This document shows, in pieces, positions 39,264 through 48,603 of a stretch of DNA of 64,000 nucleotides. The stretch is from assembly GCA_963796455.1 (NCBI GenBank), contig CAWCLO010000004.1, forward strand, positions 896,001 through 960,000, in the 5' to 3' direction. The translations under genes and the position numbers were made by a program. This DNA is from Candidatus Sulfomarinibacteraceae bacterium (lineage in GTDB: Bacteria > Acidobacteriota > Thermoanaerobaculia > Thermoanaerobaculales > Sulfomarinibacteraceae). Positions within the stretch are counted from its first letter, which is position 1, and each line of letters begins with the position of its first letter. The notes beneath the pieces were generated by a model that saw only the letters and a program-made list of their open reading frames with translations, did not search any database and was not told where the DNA came from.

Positions 39264-42113
39264 ATGATGCGGCCCAAGGACTGGGGCCTTTTTGCCGAAA
39301 AGGTACAACTGGCGATCGAAAATTCACAGCAGGGTGACCCCAAGGGTGGGACGTCGGGTCTGGAGATCGAGTACAACATTCTCGATCGCGATCTCGCGCC
39401 GGTGGCGCATGTCGGTTACGGTCCGGAACGCAGGTCCTTCGCCGATTATCTCCACGATGAAAGGCTGCCCGATTGGGTTCGGGATCGATTTCAGCTCGAG
39501 GTCTTCCATTGGATGACCGAGCTCACGACCCAACCCTGTTATTCGGCCCGGGCCACCGCCGCTCAATCGCGACTTCTCGAGGGCGTGCTGCTCGATACGC
39601 TCGCGGATATCGGTCATTCCTTTGGTGCGTCCTTCCTCGCAATGCACGGAAATATTCCCTGTCAGGTCGATGTGAACGGTGGCAGCATTCCGGATGGGTG
39701 GAACCTCGCCCGCCAGCGCTACCTCAGAAAGTGTGTCGATCTCTTTGGCGATCGTCTCGCGACGGCGGGGATTCACACCAACCACAGTTTTCCCGAGGCA
39801 CTCCTGTCGTGGGACTTCTTCCACCTTCCGCTCTCCGAGCGCCAGGGCAGGACCATCGAGTACTATCGCAATCATTCGGTGATCCGAGCGACCCGGTTGC
39901 TGCGGCCGATGTGTCCGGTGTTCATTGCAGTCAGCGCCGCCTCACCATTTGCGTGGGAGCAGGTCGAGGGCGCCAACCAGATTGTCCTGACCGATTTTGA
40001 CTCCTGCCGGCTGCTCGCATTCCCCAACCCCGAGGATCTCGATGTTTCGGGTCTCTACGGAAGCCACGCGGACTACCTCGACATCTCCTACCGATTGGTG
40101 AGATCGGGCGTCCGCTTCGGCGCCAACAACTGGACCCCGGTGAGAGCCCGTTCCGATGTCGATCCGGTTCGCCGCAATATCACCGCAACCAGCGATCAGC
40201 TGCGGGAGCTTTACAGCCGCGGCATCTATCCAACCGGCGAGCACGGCAGTCTCGAGGAAGCCGAACGCGCACTGGTGGTCGAAAACCTCTGCGCCCGGGT
40301 CGATCTGCCGATGAACCGGGTGGAGGTGCGCACCGACGAGGGCGGGGATGATCTCGCGCTTGCGACGGCCAAGATCCTCTTCAAAGATCTCCTGATGTTG
40401 CGGATCTATGCCGAACCGGAGTACGGCGCCAGCTATGCGTACGACGTCGCCGACATCGCCCGGGCGCGGGCGAATGAAAAGGCGGCGGCGCGGCGCGGCC
40501 TGGACGCTTCGATCGAACACCCCATGACCGGTACAAAAATCAGCATCCGAGCCTATCTCGGGGAGTTGCTCGAAGAGATTGCTCCTCTGGCGACGGCGCT
40601 CGGAGCCGGCGAGGAACTTGCGCCACTTCATGAGATGGCGGCCGGCGGGCCCAATCCGGCCGCGATGATCCGTGCCGGTTTTACCAAGGCGGTCGGAACC
40701 GATGCACCGCGAGCGCCTTCGGGTGCGAGGGTGATTCCATCATCGATGTTGATTGATCTGTTCGAACAACGTCGCCGGATGATCGCCCGGGAGACCCAGG
40801 AGATCGCCGACCGACCCGACCGTCAGGGCGCCGAGTGGCCAAAGATGGCCCCTCTCGTGGCGGGGCTCGAAAGCTTGGCGGTCGAACGGCCGGCGATGCC
40901 GGTTCGGCTCGGCAGGGCCACGGAAGGAGTGCGGGTCGAGGGACTCGGTGATCGCGCATCGGAGGTCCTGGCGCTGGCTGTCGATCTGGTGCGGATCCCA
41001 TCGGTGACGAACTGCCCCGATGAGCGTTTGGAGCAGGTCTTTTCGTGCGCCGGATTTGTCGCCAACCACCTTGCTTCGGGCAAACTGGATGTCAGGCTCT
41101 TCGACCGCGGCCGCTATCCGGCGGTGGTCGCCGCGTTTCCCGGCGTGACCCAACCGAAAATCACCCTGTGTGGACACTTCGACGTGGTGCGTCCGGAACC
41201 GGACGACGCCCAGTTCGAACCTCGCATCCAAGGAGACTATCTGTGGGGTCGTGGATCGGCTGATATGAAAACCGTGGTTGCAAGCTACATGGTTTGGATG
41301 CGCGAACGGTTGGCCATGGGGCCGCCATACCCGCCCTTCAACTTGTTATTGATTGGCAACGAGGAGAACGGAGAGGGTGATCCTTTTGGCACTCCTCACG
41401 TCCTCAAAACCCTTGAAAAGGAGAGTGGGTGGCGCCCGGAGTTGATGGTGGTTGGTGAGCGGACCGGAGAAAAAGGAGACGAACTCTACGGAGAAGTGTG
41501 CACCGAAAGCAGGGGAATCCTGCGCGCTCACCTAACGGCCCGGGGCGTCAGCGGTCACACCGGAACCAGCGGCAGCCCGGCGGATCTCCTCGATCAACTT
41601 GTCGAGGCCCAGGCGGTTCTCAAATCTTTTTTCAAAAGGCACCTGACCCTCGCCAGTGTCGATGGGTGGGAGACAACCGCTCGCTTCCCCTTCCTCAATG
41701 TCGGCGAGCCCGGGGTGTACAACATCACGGCATCGCTGGGGGTACTCGGTATCGAGATCCGCCCGATCCCGGGCGACGATCTGGACGGTTTCGTGAAAGA
41801 GACCAGGGATCTCTGCCGCGAACTCGGTCTCGAGGCGGTCGTGGAGCTCATGGAACCCGGAGTCAGTTGCCCTCCGACCAATCCCCATCTCGGACAGTTG
41901 TTGCAGGCCGTCGAGGATGTTTCGGGCGCACCGGCGGTGGTTGGCAAAAAGAAGCCGGGTTCTTCAGCCCGTTTTGCGCCAGGCGGCAATCAGGTCGTGT
42001 GGGGGCAATCGGGCATCGGGCCCCACTCGCGAGAAGAGCGCCATTTCATCCCGTCGATCGAACCGTATATGCAGGTCCTCGACGCCTTTGCCACCAAGCT
42101 CCTTTCAGAATGA
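39264..42113 (+). CDS. Fusion: GCS2-like glutamate-cysteine/carboxylate-amine ligase + M20 (DapE/ArgE-like) metallohydrolase
   Basis: N-half GLEIEY, MTELTT, AGIHTNHS, SAASPF, NNWTPVR, RVEVR; C-half GHFDVV, GRGSADMK, GNEE, VGE, PHSREE. Confidence 0.82.
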   Translation: MMRPKDWGLFAEKVQLAIENSQQGDPKGGTSGLEIEYNILDRDLAPVAHVGYGPERRSFADYLHDERLPDWVRDRFQLEVFHWMTELTTQPCYSARATAAQSRLLEGVLLDTLADIGHSFGASFLAMHGNIPCQVDVNGGSIPDGWNLARQRYLRKCVDLFGDRLATAGIHTNHSFPEALLSWDFFHLPLSERQGRTIEYYRNHSVIRATRLLRPMCPVFIAVSAASPFAWEQVEGANQIVLTDFDSCRLLAFPNPEDLDVSGLYGSHADYLDISYRLVRSGVRFGANNWTPVRARSDVDPVRRNITATSDQLRELYSRGIYPTGEHGSLEEAERALVVENLCARVDLPMNRVEVRTDEGGDDLALATAKILFKDLLMLRIYAEPEYGASYAYDVADIARARANEKAAARRGLDASIEHPMTGTKISIRAYLGELLEEIAPLATALGAGEELAPLHEMAAGGPNPAAMIRAGFTKAVGTDAPRAPSGARVIPSSMLIDLFEQRRRMIARETQEIADRPDRQGAEWPKMAPLVAGLESLAVERPAMPVRLGRATEGVRVEGLGDRASEVLALAVDLVRIPSVTNCPDERLEQVFSCAGFVANHLASGKLDVRLFDRGRYPAVVAAFPGVTQPKITLCGHFDVVRPEPDDAQFEPRIQGDYLWGRGSADMKTVVASYMVWMRERLAMGPPYPPFNLLLIGNEENGEGDPFGTPHVLKTLEKESGWRPELMVVGERTGEKGDELYGEVCTESRGILRAHLTARGVSGHTGTSGSPADLLDQLVEAQAVLKSFFKRHLTLASVDGWETTARFPFLNVGEPGVYNITASLGVLGIEIRPIPGDDLDGFVKETRDLCRELGLEAVVELMEPGVSCPPTNPHLGQLLQAVEDVSGAPAVVGKKKPGSSARFAPGGNQVVWGQSGIGPHSREERHFIPSIEPYMQVLDAFATKLLSE

Positions 42114-42213
42114 ACCGTGTCCGCGTCCCCGTCCGCGCCTGATCGGAAAATGAGTTTCAGCGGACGAGTCGGCCTTCAGGGCCCATCGGGCGCGGACTTG
42201 GATGAGGGAACGA

Positions 42214-43225
42214 TCAGTCGCCGTCGAAGATGCCGCCGATGCCGCCCATTTTGCCGAGGATGGAGCCCTCACCCTTGCTCCCTCCCATGGTCTGCGGGGC
42301 CGCCTGCCAGATGCGTCCGGCGAGGCGTGAGAAGGGCAACGACTGGAGCCACACCTTGCCGGGTCCCCGGAGCCGGGCGAAGAAGAAGCCTTCACCACCA
42401 AAGATGGCGGATTTGACGCCGCCGACGAACTCGATGTCGTAGTTGACCGAGGTCTCGAGTGCAACCAGACATCCGGTGTCCACGCGCAGGGAGTCTCCCG
42501 GGCCAAGCTCGCGCTCGATGATGGTGCCGCCTGCGTGGATGAATGCGAGACCGTCGCCCTCGAGTTTCTGCATAATGAAGCCTTCACCGCCGAAAAGGGC
42601 AGTGCCGACCTTTTTCTGGAACGCAATGCTGACCGAAACACCCTTGGCAGCGCAGAGGAATGCGTCCTTTTGACAGACGAGGTTGCCGCCGTGACGGCTC
42701 AGATCGACCGGGATGATCTTGCCTGGATAGGGCGATGCGAAGGCGGCCCGGGCTTTTCCCGTGCCTTTGTGGGAGAAGACAGTCATAAAGAGGCTCTCGC
42801 CGGTGAGCACCCGTTTGCCTGCGCCGACCAGCTTGTCGATCATCGAGCTCTGTTTCTGTGAGCCATCGCCGAAGATCGTCTCCATCTCGATGCCGTCACC
42901 CATGTACATCATGGCTCCGGCCTCTGCGACCACGCTCTCGCCGGGATCGAGCTCGACCTCGACGAATTGCATCTCTTCACCGTGGATATCGAAATCCACG
43001 TCGTCCGCGGTCCCGCCGGAGCCTCGTCCGGGCGGTGGGGGTGGAGGAGTGTGACCCTTGAGCTCGGCCACCGTGTTGGCCGGAGCCCACGCGGTCACGC
43101 CTTCACAATAGACCTGGGTCGTCGGTCCATAGGCTGCTGCCCTCAAGGGCATCCACCAGCTCCGCCTCGCTCATCGGTCCGACCGTCTGACCATCCACCG
43201 CCACGTACCACATCCTGTCACTCAT
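42214..43225 (-). CDS. TIGR00266/AIM24-family protein with N-terminal GYF-like domain (frameshift near 43135)
   Basis: GAGGAGG SD, then MSDRMWYVAVDGQTVGPMS from 43225; the other frame continues TQVYCEGVTAWAPA; AEAGAM, GESLF, FGGEGF, GPGKVWLQSLP. Confidence 0.85.
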
Positions 43226-43293
43226 TCTTCCTCCTCAAAATGCTCGGGTCGGTAGATTATACGTCGAACCGCGGCGGGAGATTCCAGCCAGAC

Positions 43294-43332
43294 GAGGGGA
43301 AAGGGAGAAAGGGAGCAGGGGAGAGAGGGAGA
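43294..43332. repeat. 8-mer GGGAGAAA purine tandem repeat
   Basis: gaggggaaagggagaaagggagcaggggagagagggaga. Confidence 0.65.
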
Positions 43333-43402
43333 CTGAGTAGTCGGGATCATGGCAGGGTGGGCGATCCCCACATCTCCCTTTCGTGCGAGTTGGCCTCGAT
43401 AC

Positions 43403-44068
43403 TCAAACCCGCGCGATACACCCCGCATCATCATTTGCAGGTTTGTTCACGTAGGTGCTCACCGGATAGGCCTCCATTTGACCCGCCGGATGGGCGACGA
43501 GGATTTCGCTGAGACGATCGGCGGCCAGCGGTTCGGGTTTCAACCATTCGTCGTATCGGTCATCAGGTAGAATGACCGGCATGCGGTCGTGGAGTCCCGC
43601 GATGAGGTCGTTGGGTGAGGTGGTGATGATGGTGCAGGTTTCCAGAGGGTCGCCTTCCCCCTTGTTCCACCGTTCCCACAGACCTGCAAACGCGAATGGC
43701 CGGGCGTCCGCAAAGTGGATGAAGTGGGGCTGTTTGCCGCCGTCGGTCTTGACCCATTCGTAGAATCCGTCGGCCGGGATCAGGCAACGGCGGCTTTTGA
43801 CGGCGGAGCGAAAGGATGGCTTCTCCGCCACGGTCTCTCCCCGGGCGTTGATCATCCGGGCACCCATTTGGGGGTCCTTCGCCCACGACGGAACCAGCCC
43901 CCAGCGCAACATGGCGCATTCTCTCGATCGATCCTGTGCAGAGCGGACAACGGGGATCGGCTGGGTCGGCGCGATGTTGAATCTGGGTTTGAGATCTCTC
44001 GGCGGATCAACGTCGAAGACATCGGCCAACACCGAAGCATCGATAATCAGGGCAAATCTTCCGCACAT
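43403..44068 (-). CDS. SOS response-associated peptidase (SRAP, YedK/HMCES family)
   Basis: N-terminal MCGRF, FNIAPTQ, WGLVP, INARGET, GFYEW, HDRMP. Confidence 0.96.
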   Translation of the reverse strand: MCGRFALIIDASVLADVFDVDPPRDLKPRFNIAPTQPIPVVRSAQDRSRECAMLRWGLVPSWAKDPQMGARMINARGETVAEKPSFRSAVKSRRCLIPADGFYEWVKTDGGKQPHFIHFADARPFAFAGLWERWNKGEGDPLETCTIITTSPNDLIAGLHDRMPVILPDDRYDEWLKPEPLAADRLSEILVAHPAGQMEAYPVSTYVNKPANDDAGCIARV

Positions 44069-44105
44069 GGGCACATTGTATGACGGCGGGCGCAAAAACG
44101 GTCAG

Positions 44106-44854
44106 GGCGGAAGAACACCCGCAGATTGCCCAAATGACCCAGATCGGGGGACGCCGCAAAAACGAAGCCACAAAGACACGAAGGCGTCACATCAGGAAAA
44201 CCACGGAGGAACAGAGAGAGAGAGAGAACGCCCGCAGATCACGCAGATAAACGCAGATGACAGCATTTTTTGCAGTGGCGTCAGCCATCTCTGCAGGCGA
44301 ACGACGTCCGCCTCTCGAGGTTTTAACGCAGAGAAGCAAAGGCGCAAAGACGCAGAGGGCTTCCCCCGATGCAAGGCAGAACCGGCATGCCGGAGGCGTG
44401 CCGGCCGGTGGGGAGCGGGGTGACTCCGAACGCTGGCGATTGGAGACGCCCCGCTCCTCACCGGCGACTGGCGATCGGAGATCGTCTGTCGATCTGCCGA
44501 CACTGACGGAACCCTCTCAAAAGCTCGCCAATCGGGCCTTTGCGTTCTTTGCGGTTCAACCATGTGCACGCGAGACGCGTGCACCACCATGGTGGTGCAG
44601 CCGTCCCGGCTGCACTCCGGTCGTGCCTTTGCGATGGCTTCTGTGTTTTTCTGTGTGCTCTGTGGGCCTTTGCGGCCAGCTCCATCTGTGATTCCATCTC
44701 TGTGTCTCCGTGCCTCTGTGGTTTTCTTGGTGTGGCTGCTTTGTGTCTTCGTGTTTGCGACGAGAGCATTTGCGATGGATCTGCGTCTATCTGCGTGATC
44801 TGCGGGCTACTCGCGGTGCGATGTGATGGCTTCGTGCCTTGGTGTCTTGGTGGT
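44106..44854. repeat. Modular intergenic element, copy C (inverted relative to A and B)
   Basis: Left arm 44150-44358 is the reverse complement of the B right arm; core (reverse) at 44366-44506; REP pair at 44564-44615; inverted triplet motifs to 44854; pyrimidine 8-mer run follows (44895-44952). Confidence 0.9.
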
Positions 44855-44995
44855 CGCGACGAAATCGGTTGCAATAATTACCCCCGTCGCCCAATCTCCC
44901 TTTCCCTCCCTTTCCCCCTTTCTCCCATCCTCCCTTTCTCCCTTTTCTCTCCGGATCTCGCCTGAAGTATCATGTTTGCCCCGCTGGAGGTCACG

Positions 44996-47125
44996 GTGAA
45001 AAAGAACTTGATCGCTGTTTCGTGGGTCTTTTTATTGGTGTTCATGGCGATGCCGAGCTCGGCAGACGGCGACAAACGCGCCTTCGAGATCGCCGATTAT
45101 TTCCGGACAGCATCGGTGGCATCGCCATCGGTCAGTGCCGATGGCTCACGGATCACCTTCACGGTCACCCGCCGCGAGATCGAGAGCGGTCAATCCTGGA
45201 CCGAGGTCTGGATGATGTCCGCCGACGGCAGCGGACTTCGGCAAATGACCCAGGGGCTGCACCACGACAGCTCCCCGGTTTTTTCACCAGATGGAAAGGA
45301 GCTGCTCTTCGTGTCCGACCGTGGCGACGGATCGCAGCTCTATCTGCTGCCGGTGGATGGCGGCGAGGCACGGCGGCTGACCGATTACCCGCCGGGTGTT
45401 TCGAATCCCGTCTGGTCACCCGATGGCAAGTACATCGCCGTGCAATCAGAGGTCTATCCGGAGTGCGGTTTCGACGGCGAGTGCAACGCCACCACTGCCG
45501 AATCCATCGAGGGTGGCCCCTTGACGGTGCGGATGACTGACGAACTCCTGTATCGCCACTGGACAGGTTGGCGGAACGGCCGTTTTTCCCATGTTCTGCT
45601 GGTTGATGTCGCAACCGGGGCAGTGGTGCGCGACATGACGCCCGGGCGTTGGGACAGCCCGACATTCTCGGTGGGTGGGGGAGGCTTTACGTTTTCGCCG
45701 GACAGCCGGGAATTGTGCGTGGTTTCCAATCACGATCGGGACCAGGCGCGCTCGACGAACGCCGATCTGTGGCTGATTCCGGTGGAAACGGCGGCGGTCA
45801 CACCGGAGGCAGTAAATATCACCACGGCAAACCAGGGCTGGGACGGCCACCCGGTTTACTCCCCGAGTGGACGGTACATCGCCTATCTGAGCCAGCAAAC
45901 ACCTGGATACGAGTCGGACCTGTATCGAATCAGTGTCTTCGATCGCAAGAAGAAGACCACCGAATACCTCACCGGGCACAAGAATTTTGACAACTGGATC
46001 AACGACCTGGCGTGGTCTGCCGATGAACGATGGCTCTACTTCACCGGTCACGAGACCGGGGAGACTCCCATTTACGCCCTCGATCTCGAAGGCGGTGATA
46101 TCCGGAAGGTTCACAGCGACGGGGCGATTGCCGGCTGGGGCCTGGGGGCAGAGGATTCAACCATCATCTATGCTCGCTCCAAAGTCGGTTCTCCGCCGGA
46201 GATCTTCTCGGTTTCCTCTGCGGGCGATGACGCAAAACAACTCACCCGTTTGAACGATGCGCTCGTATCTCAGGTCGATATCCGGCCTGCCGAGGTGATG
46301 TGGGTCGACGGTGAAGACGACACCAGAATCCAGGTCTTTGTGGTCAAACCTCATGGCTTCGATCCAACAAAAAAATATCCACTGATCCTCAATGTGCACG
46401 GTGGTCCGCAATCACCCTGGAAGGATCGTTATCGCGGCGACTGGCAGGTCTACCCCGGCAAGGGCTATGTGGTGGCGTTTCCGAATCCCACCGGGTCGGC
46501 CGGGTTTGGTCAGGATTACGTGGATGCCATTTCATGTGACTGGGGTGGACGCGTCTACCGAGATCTCATGAAGGTGACCGATGCGCTGGAAACCCTGCCC
46601 TATGTGGACGGCGATCGGATGGGTGCGATGGGTTGGTCTTACGGCGGCTACATGATGATGTGGTTCGCTGGGCATACCGACCGATTCAAGGCACTTGCAT
46701 CAATGATGGGTGTCTATGACCTGCGGTCGATGTGGGGAGCGACCGAGGAGCTCTGGTTTGTCGAGCACGACCTGTGCGGAGTTCCCTGGAAATCGAAAGA
46801 CTACGAAAAATGGTCGCCGTCGGCCTATGCGGAAGGTTTTTCATCACCCACTCTGGTGATTACCGGCGAGCGCGATTTCAGGGTTCCCTACACCCAGAGT
46901 CTTCACTTCTTCACCGATCTCAAGGTGAAGGATGTGCCCTCTCGTCTGGTGGTTTTCCCGGGTTCCGGGCACTGGCCGGGTTGGTACGAGATGGCCTTTT
47001 ACTACCTCGTTCATCTGGACTGGTTTCACCGTTGGCTGGGTGGCGAACCCGCACCATGGGATCCAAAGACCTTCTTGAGGAATCAGGTTTTCAGTCCGCC
47101 GACGGTGCCGGACAATCCCGAGTGA
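44996..47125 (+). CDS. Secreted S9-family (acylaminoacyl/dipeptidyl) peptidase
   Basis: Signal peptide, SPDG propeller repeats, VHGGP, GWSYGG, DFRV, GH; GGAGG SD before GTG 44996. Confidence 0.93.
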   Translation: MKKNLIAVSWVFLLVFMAMPSSADGDKRAFEIADYFRTASVASPSVSADGSRITFTVTRREIESGQSWTEVWMMSADGSGLRQMTQGLHHDSSPVFSPDGKELLFVSDRGDGSQLYLLPVDGGEARRLTDYPPGVSNPVWSPDGKYIAVQSEVYPECGFDGECNATTAESIEGGPLTVRMTDELLYRHWTGWRNGRFSHVLLVDVATGAVVRDMTPGRWDSPTFSVGGGGFTFSPDSRELCVVSNHDRDQARSTNADLWLIPVETAAVTPEAVNITTANQGWDGHPVYSPSGRYIAYLSQQTPGYESDLYRISVFDRKKKTTEYLTGHKNFDNWINDLAWSADERWLYFTGHETGETPIYALDLEGGDIRKVHSDGAIAGWGLGAEDSTIIYARSKVGSPPEIFSVSSAGDDAKQLTRLNDALVSQVDIRPAEVMWVDGEDDTRIQVFVVKPHGFDPTKKYPLILNVHGGPQSPWKDRYRGDWQVYPGKGYVVAFPNPTGSAGFGQDYVDAISCDWGGRVYRDLMKVTDALETLPYVDGDRMGAMGWSYGGYMMMWFAGHTDRFKALASMMGVYDLRSMWGATEELWFVEHDLCGVPWKSKDYEKWSPSAYAEGFSSPTLVITGERDFRVPYTQSLHFFTDLKVKDVPSRLVVFPGSGHWPGWYEMAFYYLVHLDWFHRWLGGEPAPWDPKTFLRNQVFSPPTVPDNPE

Positions 47126-47238
47126 GAACATTGGCCGTGGCGGTGCCCGGATTCGCCGATTCTGGGGGATGATGGAAAGCGGGAACTACCGGGAAGTGGT
47201 AGCCTTCTGCGCAGAAAGCGCACAGTTGAGGAGATGAG

Positions 47239-48591
47239 ATGGCAGGAATTTTCAAAGCCTATGATATCCGGGGAACCTATCCCGACCAATTGAATGAGGA
47301 GACTGCCTTTCGCGTGGGTTACCACTTTCGCGAGCTGCTCGACGATGAAGACCTGGCCCTCGGCCCGGTGGTCGTGGTTTCGCGCGATATGCGTTCGCAT
47401 TCGGTGCCCATGGCCCGCGCCCTCAAGGATGGTCTGAGAGCGAGTGGAGTCGCGGTTGTGGATATCGGTGTGGCCGATACGCCGCAGAACTATTTCGGGA
47501 TCGGTTTTCTCGGCGCATCTGGAGGCATTCAGGTCACTGCGAGCCACAATCCCGCGGTGTACAACGGCTTCAAAATGTCGCGGCGCGATGCGATCCCCGT
47601 GTCGTATGAGACCGGGATCGAAAATCTCGAGGCTCTCGTCGAGGCGTCCGATGTCCCGTTGGATTCACCGCCGCTGGCCGGCGAAGAGGAGCGGTCGGTC
47701 TTCGAGGAGTACACCGCCCACGTCCTGGCCGAGGTGACCGTGTTGGAACCGCGGCTCAAGCTTGCCGCCGATGCCGCCAACGGGATGGCCACGATCTATC
47801 TGCCGATCCTCGAACAGCTCAATGTGGACCTGGTGCCGCTCTATTTCGAGCTCGACGGGACCTTTCCCAATCACGAGGCGAACCCCCTCAAACACGAAAA
47901 CCTGGTGGATGTGGAGCGGGCGGTTTCCGAAAACGGTTGTGATCTCGGAGTCGCCTTCGATGGTGACGCGGATCGCGCCATCTTGATTGACGAAAAGGGC
48001 CGTTTCATATCGGCGGACAAGCTGACCGGGCTACTGGCGCCGCGCTTTCTCAAGGATGAGCCGGGCGCATCGATCGTCTACGATCTGCGCTCCTCCTGGG
48101 CGACCAAGGAGGCAATCGAGGAGGCCGGTGGTGTTCCGGTTCGAGAGCGGGTCGGCCACAGTTTCATGAAAGCGACGATGCGGGAGGTCGGATCTCCCTT
48201 TGGCGGAGAACTCGCCGGGCACTTCTATTTTCGCCGCAATTTCACCGCCGACTCGTCCATCATGACGGTCATCGAGACCCTCAATCACGTACGTGAGAAT
48301 GGGCGGCCGCTGTCGGAACTGGTAGCGCCGCTCGAGCGCTACTTCGCCACCGGTGAGATCAATTTCCACGTCGAAGACAAGGAGGGCATGATCCGACGCC
48401 TGGCTGAAGATTTCTCGGATGGCGAGGTTGATTTCTTAGATGGGATCACCGCCCAGTTCGATGACTGGTGGTTCAACGTCAGACAATCGAATACCGAGCC
48501 CCTGCTGCGATTGGTGCTCGAAGCGAAGACCCAAGAGTTGATGGATGAGAAAACCGCGGTGCTTCTCGGCTATCTCGGAACACCTGAGTAG
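47239..48591 (+). CDS. manB: Phosphomannomutase/phosphoglucomutase
   Basis: FKAYDIRG, TASHNP, DGDADR, GGELAGH, SNTEP. Confidence 0.93.
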   Translation: MAGIFKAYDIRGTYPDQLNEETAFRVGYHFRELLDDEDLALGPVVVVSRDMRSHSVPMARALKDGLRASGVAVVDIGVADTPQNYFGIGFLGASGGIQVTASHNPAVYNGFKMSRRDAIPVSYETGIENLEALVEASDVPLDSPPLAGEEERSVFEEYTAHVLAEVTVLEPRLKLAADAANGMATIYLPILEQLNVDLVPLYFELDGTFPNHEANPLKHENLVDVERAVSENGCDLGVAFDGDADRAILIDEKGRFISADKLTGLLAPRFLKDEPGASIVYDLRSSWATKEAIEEAGGVPVRERVGHSFMKATMREVGSPFGGELAGHFYFRRNFTADSSIMTVIETLNHVRENGRPLSELVAPLERYFATGEINFHVEDKEGMIRRLAEDFSDGEVDFLDGITAQFDDWWFNVRQSNTEPLLRLVLEAKTQELMDEKTAVLLGYLGTPE

Positions 48592-48603
48592 GTTGGAGGG
48601 AGC

